This document shows positions 16,822-26,703 of a stretch of 64,000 bases of DNA, piece after piece. Below the pieces are notes generated by a model, which worked only from the letters and a program-made list of their open reading frames with translations, had not been told where the DNA came from and searched no databases. How positions within the stretch are numbered: the first letter of the stretch is position 1; each line of letters starts with the position of its first letter. The DNA lies in contig CAKOWP010000002.1 in the NCBI GenBank assembly GCA_934122385.1, forward strand, positions 610-64,609, given 5' to 3'. Origin of the DNA: an uncultured Clostridia bacterium. GTDB lineage: Bacteria; Bacillota; Clostridia; TANB77; CAG-508. The translations under genes were made by a program, and so were the position numbers.

Positions 16822-18321
16822 TTGAGACAAAAAAGTAAACTATTTCTAATAAATGGTGCAATACTAACAAGTACATCACTACTTATGAAATTTGCAGCAC
16901 TTATTTTCAATATATACATATCAAATCAAATAGGTTCAGAAGCGGTTGGTGTATTCAGCTTAGTAATGGCTGTATACCTATTTTTCATAACTGTTGCAAC
17001 ATCTGGATTAAACATTGCAGTAACTGTTATTGTTTCAGAAAAGTTTGCCTTAAATAAAAATAAACAAGCTATAAAGGCAATACGTACTTGTATATTTTTC
17101 AGCTTATTATTGGGAATAACTGCAGGTGGACTAATTTTACTTTTTTCTGATTTTATTACAAGTAAATGTTTGCACAATATGGTTTCTTCTAAGCCATTAT
17201 TTTACATTGCAATTGGATTACCTTTTATTGCTATGTCTTCTTGTATCAGTAGTTATTTTACAACTGTACGAAAAGCTTATAAAAATGCTATCACCCAAGT
17301 TTTTGAATTTACAATTAAAATGGTTGCAACAATAATATTACTTAAGATAAATATTTCTAATGGTGTAGAAGCGGTTTGTATTTCGCTTATTTTAGCTGAT
17401 GTAATTTCAGAAGTATGTTCTTTTACATTAATTTTTATTTTGTATATTATAGATATAAGACTTAAAAAATTAGAAGATGTCCGTTCATTTGGACAAAGAT
17501 TTAATATTTTAAAAATTGCTTTTCCAGTGGCTGTTACATCATATATACGCTCTGGGCTTTCAACTTTAAAACAATTGATAATTCCTACTCAACTTGAAAA
17601 GTCCGGCATTTCTTGTAGCAGAGCTCTTTCACAATATGGTATGATTAATGGTATGGTACTTCCAGTTATAACATTTCCAACTGTTTTTACAGATTCTTAT
17701 AGTATGCTTTTAATACCAGAGTTTTCAACATATGTAGCACAAAAAAACTATAAAGCAATTAACTATGTTGCAAATAAGATTTTTAAAATTACTTGTGCAT
17801 TTTCTATGTGTGTTTGCAGTATATTTTTTATATTTTCAAATGATTTAGGGCTTGCAATTTATAATAACATTGAGACCGGATACTTTTTTAAGGTATTTAC
17901 TCCTTTTATATTTTTTATGTATATGGACCATATTATTGACTGTATTTTAAAAGGTTTGAACAAACAGTTTGGCGTTATGTGCTGCAATATTTTAGATTTG
18001 AGTATTACAACATGCTTTATTTATTTTTTACTTCCTGTTTTGGGCATTAAAGGATATGTACTATCTATCTTTTTCAGCGAAGTGTTGAATTTTAGCATTA
18101 GTCTTTTCCAGTTGTATAAGTATTCTAAAATAAAGCCTAATTTAATAGACTGGATTATTATTCCTTTAACTTGTAGCTTAATTGCGTATTTTGTAACAAA
18201 TATTTTTCACTTTAACCTAATTAATCTTACTGTTAATCTAGTTTTTAATATATTGCTTTTTATTTTTATTTATGTGATAAGTTTCTTTATAATAAATTTA
18301 CTTAGACGAAAAAATAGCTAG
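16822..18321 (+). CDS. MOP-superfamily polysaccharide/peptidoglycan-lipid flippase (SpoVB/Wzx-like)
   Basis: About 14 TM segments with a SpoVB-like N-terminus LINGAILTSTSLLMKF. TTG start after AAGAGGTGA. Confidence 0.7.
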   Translation: MRQKSKLFLINGAILTSTSLLMKFAALIFNIYISNQIGSEAVGVFSLVMAVYLFFITVATSGLNIAVTVIVSEKFALNKNKQAIKAIRTCIFFSLLLGITAGGLILLFSDFITSKCLHNMVSSKPLFYIAIGLPFIAMSSCISSYFTTVRKAYKNAITQVFEFTIKMVATIILLKINISNGVEAVCISLILADVISEVCSFTLIFILYIIDIRLKKLEDVRSFGQRFNILKIAFPVAVTSYIRSGLSTLKQLIIPTQLEKSGISCSRALSQYGMINGMVLPVITFPTVFTDSYSMLLIPEFSTYVAQKNYKAINYVANKIFKITCAFSMCVCSIFFIFSNDLGLAIYNNIETGYFFKVFTPFIFFMYMDHIIDCILKGLNKQFGVMCCNILDLSITTCFIYFLLPVLGIKGYVLSIFFSEVLNFSISLFQLYKYSKIKPNLIDWIIIPLTCSLIAYFVTNIFHFNLINLTVNLVFNILLFIFIYVISFFIINLLRRKNS

Positions 18322-18341
18322 AAATACACTAGCTATTTTTT
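18314..18341. terminator. Bidirectional intrinsic terminator
   Basis: ATAGCTAG-aaataca-CTAGCTAT followed by TTTTT. Confidence 0.7.
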
Positions 18342-18344
18342 AAT

Positions 18345-19313
18345 CTATTTTAACCACTCAGGATTTGCTAAATACCAATCAATAGTCTTAACAATACCAT
18401 CTTCAAACTTAGTCTTTGGATACCAACCAAGTTCATTTTTTATTTTTGTTGGGTCAATTGCATATCTATAATCATGACCTTTTCTATCAGCAACATGTTC
18501 AATTAAATCTTCAGATTTTCCTAATCTTTGTAAGATTAATTTAACAATTTCAATGTTTCTTCTTTCATTGTGTCCACCAATGTTATATCTTTCACCAGCA
18601 ACACCATTATGGAATACTAAATCAATTGCTTCACAATGGTCTTCAACATATAACCAATCTCTAATGTTTAATCCTTCACCATAAACAGGTAATTTTTCAT
18701 CATTTAATGCTAATTTAATCATATGTGGAATTAATTTTTCATTGTGTTGATATGGTCCATAGTTGTTTGAACAGTTTGTTACATTTACATTCATTTTAAA
18801 TGTTTCATGATATGCAAATGCAATTAAATCTGAACTTGCTTTTGATGCTGAATATGGGCTACTTGGTTTAATTGGAGATTTTTCTGTAAAATATCCATCT
18901 TCTTTAAGTGATCCATAAACTTCATCTGTTGATATATGAACAAATTTATTTGAACTTCCTTCCCCCCATACTTGTTTAGCTGCTTCTAATAAAGTATGTG
19001 TTCCTATTACATTTGTGTGTGTAAATATAAATGGATTTTTAATGCTGTTATCAACATGTGATTCAGCTGCAAAGTGAATTACACCATTTATATCATATTT
19101 TTTAAATAAATCTAGTACAAAATCAAAATCACAAATATCTCCTTGTACAAATGTTATTTTATCCATTACTTTTTTTAAGTTATCTAAATTTCCTGCATAT
19201 GTTAATTTGTCTAATACTACTACTTTATAGTCAGGATGTTTATTTACAAAATATTCTACAAAATTTGCTCCTATAAATCCTGCTGCACCTGTTACTAATA
19301 CATTTTTACTCAT
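18345..19313 (-). CDS. rfbB: dTDP-glucose 4,6-dehydratase
   Basis: TGAAGFIG Rossmann motif, YSASKASSD catalytic motif, and the characteristic length and C-terminus. Confidence 0.92.
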   Translation of the reverse strand: MSKNVLVTGAAGFIGANFVEYFVNKHPDYKVVVLDKLTYAGNLDNLKKVMDKITFVQGDICDFDFVLDLFKKYDINGVIHFAAESHVDNSIKNPFIFTHTNVIGTHTLLEAAKQVWGEGSSNKFVHISTDEVYGSLKEDGYFTEKSPIKPSSPYSASKASSDLIAFAYHETFKMNVNVTNCSNNYGPYQHNEKLIPHMIKLALNDEKLPVYGEGLNIRDWLYVEDHCEAIDLVFHNGVAGERYNIGGHNERRNIEIVKLILQRLGKSEDLIEHVADRKGHDYRYAIDPTKIKNELGWYPKTKFEDGIVKTIDWYLANPEWLK

Positions 19314-19339
19314 TTTAAATACCTCTTTCTTTCAAACGA

Positions 19340-19439
19340 AATTCAACCAATGGGGACGTTCTTAAATTGGTTGAATTTCTTTAAAATTATTTTATTTTTT
19401 TATTCAACCAATTTAAGAACGTCCCCATTGGTTGAATTT
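19340..19439. repeat. Inverted pair of REP-like hairpins, type 2 (GGGGACGTTCTTA loop)
   Basis: AATTCAACCAAT-GGGGACGTTCTTAA-ATTGGTTGAATT (19340-19377), with its reverse complement at 19402-19439. Confidence 0.9.
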
Positions 19440-20016
19440 ATAAATTACTAAATAAATCTGTTTCTTTTAATTCTTTAAGTGATGGCCATTTTCCATCTTT
19501 TTCAGATGTTAATAAATCTTCTGGTTTTAAATCACCCATAGGCCATTCAATTCCTATATCTGGGTCATCCCATTTAAGGCCACCTTCTGCTTCATGGTTA
19601 TAAACATCATCACATTTATAAGCAAATTCAGCTTCATCTGATAGAACCAAGAATCCATGTGCAAATCCTTTTGGTATCATAAACATTTTTTTATTTTCTT
19701 CTGTTAATACAACACCTTCCCATTTTCCATATGTTTTGCTTCCTGGTCTTAAGTCAACTGCAACATCAAATACTGAACCTTTAATACATCTAACTAATTT
19801 TGATTGTGTATTTTCTTTTTGAAAATGTAATCCTCTTAAAACACCTTTTTTTGATTTTGATTGATTATCTTGTACAAAGTCATAATTTAATCCTAATTCT
19901 TCAAAATCAGCTTTGCTGTATGTTTCCATAAAGTATCCTCTGTTATCACCAAATACTGTTGGTTCTATAATACATACACCTTCAATAGATGTATCAATTT
20001 TTTTAAATTTTCCCAT
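19438..20016 (-). CDS. rfbC: dTDP-4-dehydrorhamnose 3,5-epimerase
   Basis: FGDNRGYF, RGLHFQ and PKGFAHGF motifs of the RmlC cupin. Confidence 0.92.
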   Translation of the reverse strand: MGKFKKIDTSIEGVCIIEPTVFGDNRGYFMETYSKADFEELGLNYDFVQDNQSKSKKGVLRGLHFQKENTQSKLVRCIKGSVFDVAVDLRPGSKTYGKWEGVVLTEENKKMFMIPKGFAHGFLVLSDEAEFAYKCDDVYNHEAEGGLKWDDPDIGIEWPMGDLKPEDLLTSEKDGKWPSLKELKETDLFSNL

Positions 20017-20052
20017 CTTAAATATCTCCTTTCTTATTTTCTTATGTATTTT

Positions 20053-20955
20053 TTAATAATTATTAACAATTTCTTCAAGCTGTTGTAATCCTAGTTTTTC
20101 TTCTTGTGTAGTTACTCTTCTCTCGAAACTATCTTTAATAATTTGATACCTTTCTAATACATTTTTCATATTATTTAAATCGTCATTCCTGCACTTCATA
20201 ATTGCCTCTTTTGCTGTCCTATATTCAAACTGAGGCAATTCACTATATTGTGAATATTCCTTTTTATACTGTTTTGAATAATTTCCATAAATTAAAATAG
20301 GTGATTTAATATCAGTTCCTCTTTTATATATTTCCAATACATCATAGTTATGATCTAATTCGATTTTTTCAATAACATTAGGAATATTTTTATAAGTTTC
20401 ATTATAGCTTAATGGATTAAAAAATCTTCCCCAACTACGGGTTTCAACCTGCTTTTCATATCTTTCATATGCAGAAAGTAAGCTTTCAATATATGAAACT
20501 GCAAGTCCTCTAACAATAACATTATAATTTTTTTCTTTTAGTTCTTTTATCCTTTCTAGAATTCTTTCATTCCTTAAAGTTACTTCAAAAATAAAGTTAT
20601 ATTTATTCTCAATTGCGTAGTTTAGAATTTCATTTGTCCATTTTGCGCTATCTTTTTCTACAATAGAACAATAACTTGTTGGATGTTTTATAGCAATTTC
20701 ACTTGCTTTTGGATGAAATGGTTTATAATCGTCTGTAGTAATAATTACAATATTATCATTTAAAAAAACATTTTTTGAATATCCTATTAATGAGCCTTTT
20801 CCTGAACCTGGTTGAGCACCTACTATGATTGCAGTAGGTTTTTCGACAGGTTCAAAATTGCTAAATAACATATTTTTTATTACTTCAAAAATTTCCTTAT
20901 GTTTCTTATCTGAAAGCATATATTTAGAAATTAAATCTTGTTCCATTTGTTTCAT
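20053..20955 (-). CDS. Zeta-toxin family kinase (UDP-GlcNAc kinase-like)
   Basis: PTAIIVGAQPGSGKGSL Walker A, DDYKPFHP, YNFIFEVTLRN and LAVSYIESLLSAYERYE align with the as recalled streptococcal zeta toxin. Confidence 0.85.
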   Translation of the reverse strand: MKQMEQDLISKYMLSDKKHKEIFEVIKNMLFSNFEPVEKPTAIIVGAQPGSGKGSLIGYSKNVFLNDNIVIITTDDYKPFHPKASEIAIKHPTSYCSIVEKDSAKWTNEILNYAIENKYNFIFEVTLRNERILERIKELKEKNYNVIVRGLAVSYIESLLSAYERYEKQVETRSWGRFFNPLSYNETYKNIPNVIEKIELDHNYDVLEIYKRGTDIKSPILIYGNYSKQYKKEYSQYSELPQFEYRTAKEAIMKCRNDDLNNMKNVLERYQIIKDSFERRVTTQEEKLGLQQLEEIVNNY

Positions 20956-21157
20956 CTTTCAATTCTTCTCCATAAATGTTTATTATTTTATCCATAATAG
21001 TATTATCACCATTATATAATTTATTTCTTTCATCCATCAAATTATCCATTTCATTGGCATATTCCTTTTTTCCTGTTTCATAGAATTCCATTGAAACTTT
21101 TGACATTTTATCAGCTAATATTTCTAGAGCAACATCCATCTTTACGAAATTGTTCAT
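20924..21157 (-). CDS. Small helical protein, candidate epsilon-like antitoxin
   Basis: 77 aa and acidic, with a good RBS. Its 3' end overlaps the zeta ORF start by 32 nt (translational coupling). Confidence 0.45.
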   Translation of the reverse strand: MNNFVKMDVALEILADKMSKVSMEFYETGKKEYANEMDNLMDERNKLYNGDNTIMDKIINIYGEELKDETNGTRFNF

Positions 21158-21180
21158 ATACTATCATCCTTTCGACTTAA

Positions 21181-22065
21181 TTAAAAAATTTTACCTTCAG
21201 CCAAATCTCTTAAATATTTACCATAATCTGTCTTTAAAAATGGTTTTATTATTTCTAAAAGTTTTTCCTTATCTATCCATTTCTTTCTAAATGCTATTTC
21301 TTCTGGGCAAGACACTTGCATTCCTTGTCTATTTTCTATTGTTTTTATAAAGTTTGCAGCTTCTATTAAATCTGCATGTGTTCCTGTATCTAACCAAGCA
21401 AGACCTCTACCAAGTCTTTCTACTTTAAGTCTCTTTTGTTTTAAGTATTCCTCATTTATAGATGTAATTTCAATTTCTCCCCTAGCAGATGGCTTTATTT
21501 CTTTTGCAATTTTTACAACATCATTTGGATAAAAATATAATCCAGGAACACATAAATTTGATTTTGGTTCTTGTGGTTTTTCCTCAATTGAAATAGCATT
21601 ATGGTTTTCATCCATTTCAACAACACCATATGCCCTAGGATCTTTTACAGGATATCCAAATATTGTAGCATTTTCATGGTTATTTGAAACCTTCTCTAGT
21701 TTTTCTGTCAAGCTTTGTCCAAAGAATATATTATCTCCCAAAACCATTGCAACATCATCGTCTCCAATAAATTCTTCACCTATTATAAATGCGTCTGCCA
21801 ATCCTCTTGGTTTATCTTGTATAGCATAAGTAAAATTCATACCCCACTTAGTACCATCTCCTAATAATTCCTTAAAAGCATTCACATCTCTTGGAGTAGA
21901 AATAATTAAAACATCCCTTATATTTGATAACATTAACATTGATAGTGGATAATAGATCATTGGTTTATCATATATTGGCATAAGTTGCTTTGATATTGAT
22001 AAAGTTAACGGATATAATCTTGTTCCACTTCCCCCAGCTAAAATAATTCCTTTTCTATTTTTCAT
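21181..22065 (-). CDS. rfbA: Glucose-1-phosphate thymidylyltransferase
   Basis: [16 protein letters not shown] motif and overall RmlA pattern. Confidence 0.93.
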   Translation of the reverse strand: MKNRKGIILAGGSGTRLYPLTLSISKQLMPIYDKPMIYYPLSMLMLSNIRDVLIISTPRDVNAFKELLGDGTKWGMNFTYAIQDKPRGLADAFIIGEEFIGDDDVAMVLGDNIFFGQSLTEKLEKVSNNHENATIFGYPVKDPRAYGVVEMDENHNAISIEEKPQEPKSNLCVPGLYFYPNDVVKIAKEIKPSARGEIEITSINEEYLKQKRLKVERLGRGLAWLDTGTHADLIEAANFIKTIENRQGMQVSCPEEIAFRKKWIDKEKLLEIIKPFLKTDYGKYLRDLAEGKIF

Positions 22066-22121
22066 TTTTATTCATTCCTTTCGTTTCTACTATATTGACA
22101 TCAAATTAAAATATTCTATTT

Positions 22122-22994
22122 TTATATTTCTATATTTTTTGCTTCTTCTAAATATCTTCTTAATCCGTCTTTCCATTCTGGAACATTTATTCCACATGCT
22201 TCAAGTTTTGCTTTTGACATTTGTGAATTAAATGGTCTCTTAGCTTGTGTAACTTTCATCATTTCAATGTATTCTTCTGTTGTTACCGGATTAACTTTAC
22301 ATTCAATTCCTTGTTCTTTTAAGATTTCTTTTGTAAAGTCATACCATGTTGTATATCCATTGTTTGTTGCATTATATATTCCATAAGGTATTTTTTTAGT
22401 TACTGCTTGATATATTATTTCTGTTAAATCTTTTGCATATGTTGGGCTTCCATGTTGGTCTGATACTACACTTATTTCATCTCTTGTTGAACCCAATTTT
22501 GTCATTGTTTTAACAAAATTGTTTCCTCCAACTCCATATAGCCATGCTGTTCTAAAGATGTAGTATTCATCCATATTTTTTTCTATTCCTTCTTCTCCAT
22601 GTAACTTTGTTTTTCCATATACTGTTACCGGCGCTTTTGTGTCATCTTCTTTATAATCTTTTGACACATCTAAATCTCCACCAAATACATAATCTGTTGA
22701 AATATGTACTAGTTTTGCTCCAGCTGCTTTTGCCGCTTTTGCAAGATTTGTTGGTCCGTCTCCATTTATTTTATCTGCTAATTCATAGCATTCTTCTGCT
22801 TTATCAACAGCTGTAAATGCTGCACAGTTTATTACATAATCAGGTTTTAAATCTGTAATAAATTTCATAACAGCGTCTTCGTTTGTTATGTCTAATTCTG
22901 CTACATCTGTTGCTATTATTTCATTTCCTTCTGCAAATTTTTCTTTTACTTCTTTTGCGAGCATTCCATTTGCTCCTGTTACTAAAATTTTCAT
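22122..22994 (-). CDS. rfbD: dTDP-4-dehydrorhamnose reductase
   Basis: KILVTGANGMLA Rossmann motif, YGKTK catalytic motif, RmlD length. Confidence 0.9.
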   Translation of the reverse strand: MKILVTGANGMLAKEVKEKFAEGNEIIATDVAELDITNEDAVMKFITDLKPDYVINCAAFTAVDKAEECYELADKINGDGPTNLAKAAKAAGAKLVHISTDYVFGGDLDVSKDYKEDDTKAPVTVYGKTKLHGEEGIEKNMDEYYIFRTAWLYGVGGNNFVKTMTKLGSTRDEISVVSDQHGSPTYAKDLTEIIYQAVTKKIPYGIYNATNNGYTTWYDFTKEILKEQGIECKVNPVTTEEYIEMMKVTQAKRPFNSQMSKAKLEACGINVPEWKDGLRRYLEEAKNIEI

Positions 22995-23115
22995 TTTTTA
23001 CCTTCCTTCTTATCTTGAGAATTTTTCCTTAATTGTTCTTTATAATAATACCATTAAATAAGTAAAAGTTCAAGTATTTCTGTTAATAAATTTTGGCAAA
23101 AATAAAAGGTCCAAC

Positions 23116-23340
23116 TTAGGACCTTTTATTTTTCAATTCTTCAATAACAATAATTGCAATTGTAACAACTGTAATTATTGTTATAAGAATTACGAATGAG
23201 CTCAATGCCCACATCAATATTCTTAATATGCTGTTATAAAATAAGCTATATGATATGTATTTACCTAAATACATACTAAATATGAATAAAATAAAACAGC
23301 TCAATTTTTCTAAAATATCTTTTTTCTTTTTGTTTTTCAT
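23116..23340 (-). CDS. Small two-TM membrane protein, hypothetical
   Basis: 74-aa ORF with two hydrophobic helices. A hairpin overlaps its stop codon. Confidence 0.35.
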   Translation of the reverse strand: MKNKKKKDILEKLSCFILFIFSMYLGKYISYSLFYNSILRILMWALSSFVILITIITVVTIAIIVIEELKNKRS

Positions 23341-23484
23341 AGTATACTCCTTTTCTTTGAGTTAAAAATTAAAATGTTCTAAAACAGGTAACACCTGTAA
23401 AAAGGCTTTTTCTTCTATACCTTTATAAATATATTATATTACGAACTTGTATTTTTGTCAAACAAAAAGCTATTTTAGGATAGC

Positions 23485-24678
23485 ATAAATTTTTAGTAGG
23501 AAAACTTTTCATTAAAATTATAAAATTCTTTTATTTCATGACTTCAGATATTTCCTAATTTGATACATATTTTATCTTTATTTTACTATATTTTAAGGTT
23601 TACTTAATAAACCTTTTTATAGGTATTTTTAAAATATCACATATTCACTTATATTTCAACATTTACACTGCTTTCCCATACCAAATATTTTTTAACTCAT
23701 AATACAATTTGTCTCTTGCTCCTGCTAATGTTGAAATTGCTACTCCTATCGTTCCAAACAATTTCTTATTTGCTTTCCTTTTTATTCTTTTTTCTAATGC
23801 TTCATTTTTTTATTTCTTTTTTCTTGTATTGATATATCTATTATTCTCTGGTAAATATTTCCATTATTTTGTGTAAAAGCTCTTAATTGACTCATTTCAT
23901 CTATTCCATTTTCACTCCATGCTTTTGCATCTGTACTCATTCTCTCTGATAATGTATGATGTGCTTGACCTTTTTGGCAACATCCTTTTAATTTGTCTTT
24001 ATATTTTTCATGTGTTTCTATTCCAGACCATTGATTCATTAAATATGTCTTTGTATTCTCTATTTTCTTTAATCTATTATTTAACCTTTTTGTATTTCTC
24101 CCTAATTGTTCATCTTCTTTTATTTCTTCTTTTATTTTCTTTATTGCTTCATTCATTATATTTTCTGTACTTATTGGTTCGTATTGGTCTATTGTTTCTT
24201 GTAATTTTCTTTTTAAATATTCATCATAATTTAAATGATTAATATATTTTTCTAAATTAAATAAATCTAATACAAATACTGATTTCTCTATCCTTGTAAT
24301 ATCTTCTTTCAAACTTGGCTTTTCCATTTTTTGTAATTAAACTTTTTCCTGAAACCTTACTGCCTCATATTGTTTTTTCTTTTTATTATCTTCAAATATT
24401 ATTTCATCTATCTGTTTTTCTATTTCTGATAATAATTCTTTTCCTAAAATATCTATAAATTCTTTTATTGCAACTGTTAATGAACTTACATCTTCTCCTG
24501 ATAATGCTTTTTTTAATCCTTCTTTTAAAATTTTGTTGTTTTTTTCATAAATCTTTTGTATAATTGAATACATAAGAGATACCTCCTTTGAATGTTATTT
24601 TTTTCTTGATAAAAACATTCTATCAAATTGGTATCTCTTATTCAATTTTTTTCTTAAATTTTCCTACTAAAAGTTTAT
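23485..24678 (-). mobile_element. Decayed ISLre2/UPF0236-like insertion element with intact terminal inverted repeats
   Basis: 20-bp TIRs ATAAATTTTTAGTAGGAAAA (23485-23504) and the reverse complement of 24659-24678 (ATAAACTTTTAGTAGGAAAA) bracket the transposase fragments. Confidence 0.55.
23794..24573 (-). pseudogene. Transposase remnant (ISLre2/UPF0236-like) with an in-frame stop and a likely internal deletion
   Basis: The 78-aa and 177-aa ORFs share one frame and are separated by a single TAA (24337-24339). N-terminal and C-terminal segments resemble UPF0236 transposases, but the total length is too short. Confidence 0.45.
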
Positions 24679-24710
24679 ACTAACTTGCACTTTTTACAAT
24701 AATATAATTC

Positions 24711-26087
24711 TTACAAATGTATATATTTTATTATATTAACAAAACCTGAAACTAAAATAAATATTATTAATATAACATAAAATTTATTTTTATTCTCATT
24801 TTTAAAGAGTTCCTTTAGTAAAGCAGAACATACAATTAAGTTCATAATATCATTAACAAAAAAGATTCTGCTTCCTGATGCAAAAATCGTTGGTGAAAAG
24901 CTCAAAGCAAGTGAAGCACAAATTCCAGCAAAATATATTAATGTATATACAATTGATTTTTTTAAATCTTTAAAACTATAAAAAACCAATACACTTAACA
25001 ATAGTAAAACAAAAGTTCCAATTATTATTTGAAAATATTTAAATGGGTTACATATTGTATCTATAGAATACGTACTAAATGAAAATAATAATTCATTTAA
25101 TTTAGCTTCTATATTAAAACTTACAACTCTTGAAAATAAAGCATTAAAAGGTATTGTTTTTAATAAAGAGTATCCTAATGGTATTATGGATAAAATTGTT
25201 CTATTTTTATCTTTACTTTTTATTGATAATAATGTTATTGCTATTGAAATTATTAATATAATCAATGGGCTTTTATTTATCAAATGGTCAATTGTTAATG
25301 AGCCACCTAGAAATATTTTATCAAACATAGATAACATATCAAAGTCTTGATAATATCTTAATAATTCGGCTTCAAATCTAACATTATTTCCCTTTACAGC
25401 AAAAGATGTTATAAAAACCATTATTGTAAGTATATAATTAAATATCATAGCTTTAGGAATTTTCTTTTTTCCAATTATTGATAAAATTAATAGTATTGTG
25501 GAAAATACAACCAATACTGCTCCTGTTTGTTCAATATTGCTTGCCAAAACTCCTGATAAAAAGTATATAATATATTCCCATTTTTTAATCTTTTGACAAT
25601 TTAATATTTTTACAAATGGTATCATTGCAATCATCAATGCTGTAGTAGGCCATAAATAATTAAATGCACCTGTTATCCATATTACAGCTTCTCCCAATAT
25701 TAATTCATCAATACATAAGAATAGTGAAATTATTATAAATAACATAACTCCCTTATTTCCTATTTCTTTTTCTGTACTTATATTTATTATTTTATAAATT
25801 GAATAAATCAATATAGTTATTACAAATGCATTTGCAAGTATAAATATTTTTGTATTAATGTTTAAAAATACTGTACACAGTCCTAGAGCTATTATTCTTC
25901 CTCCCCATAAAGCTCTAAATTCTTTAGCCCATGTAAAAAAAGTAAAAATACTGTTAAATGTGTTTTTATATACCCCGTCATCTGGTGTATTATTTAATGG
26001 TATTGACATTACTATCAAACTGCAAATAAAAATTATTCCAAATATAATAATATTTTTTAATTTATTTTTTTTCATTATTTTCTCCAA
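24711..26087 (-). CDS. Polytopic membrane protein, GT-C-like (DUF6056-like) candidate glycosyltransferase/polymerase
   Basis: About 12 TM segments. The first periplasmic loop carries the DDGVY...WGGRI pattern. It lies in a glycan locus. Confidence 0.5.
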   Translation of the reverse strand: MEKIMKKNKLKNIIIFGIIFICSLIVMSIPLNNTPDDGVYKNTFNSIFTFFTWAKEFRALWGGRIIALGLCTVFLNINTKIFILANAFVITILIYSIYKIINISTEKEIGNKGVMLFIIISLFLCIDELILGEAVIWITGAFNYLWPTTALMIAMIPFVKILNCQKIKKWEYIIYFLSGVLASNIEQTGAVLVVFSTILLILSIIGKKKIPKAMIFNYILTIMVFITSFAVKGNNVRFEAELLRYYQDFDMLSMFDKIFLGGSLTIDHLINKSPLIILIISIAITLLSIKSKDKNRTILSIIPLGYSLLKTIPFNALFSRVVSFNIEAKLNELLFSFSTYSIDTICNPFKYFQIIIGTFVLLLLSVLVFYSFKDLKKSIVYTLIYFAGICASLALSFSPTIFASGSRIFFVNDIMNLIVCSALLKELFKNENKNKFYVILIIFILVSGFVNIIKYIHL

Positions 26088-26628
26088 TTATTGTTAAATT
26101 TTTATAATATACTTTATCTAATTTTTTATAATCTTCTTTGTAATCTTTTTGAATAATTCCAACACTGTATTTATCATTAAAAAAATTCTTATTTAAGAAA
26201 ATCCCAACTATATAAATATATCCATCTTTATCCATTTTATCAAAATTATCAAGCAAATTTTTGTCATCAATTATAGTTTTTACTTTATAATTTTTATCAT
26301 TATTGCTTAATATAATTGTATAATTGAAATAATAATTTCTTCCTTCTCCTAAAGTATAGTTATAACGTTTTTTTAATTCTTCTTCATTCATTTTTTTCTT
26401 TACAGTTATTTTAGAAAAAGTTTTTCCTTGTTCTATACTTTCAATTTCAAATGTTTTATTATTATTTTCAACCATTTGAACGTCATCTTTTATTGAGACT
26501 TTTTTAGGTACTAGATTATTTATATAATATATTGCTGCTCCTAAACAAACTATTATAAAAAATATTAAAGAAAGTACTATTAAATTTATATTTTGTATTT
26601 TTTTCATTTCTAATATCTTTCCTCTCAT
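26062..26628 (-). CDS. Membrane-anchored hypothetical protein
   Basis: A single N-terminal TM followed by a beta-rich extracytoplasmic domain. Confidence 0.45.
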   Translation of the reverse strand: MRGKILEMKKIQNINLIVLSLIFFIIVCLGAAIYYINNLVPKKVSIKDDVQMVENNNKTFEIESIEQGKTFSKITVKKKMNEEELKKRYNYTLGEGRNYYFNYTIILSNNDKNYKVKTIIDDKNLLDNFDKMDKDGYIYIVGIFLNKNFFNDKYSVGIIQKDYKEDYKKLDKVYYKNLTIIGENNEKK

Positions 26629-26703
26629 AATATATAAATTTGGTTGAAAAAAAATTTAAATTAATGATATTCAAATTTATAATTATTTTTCAACCTAATA
26701 TTT

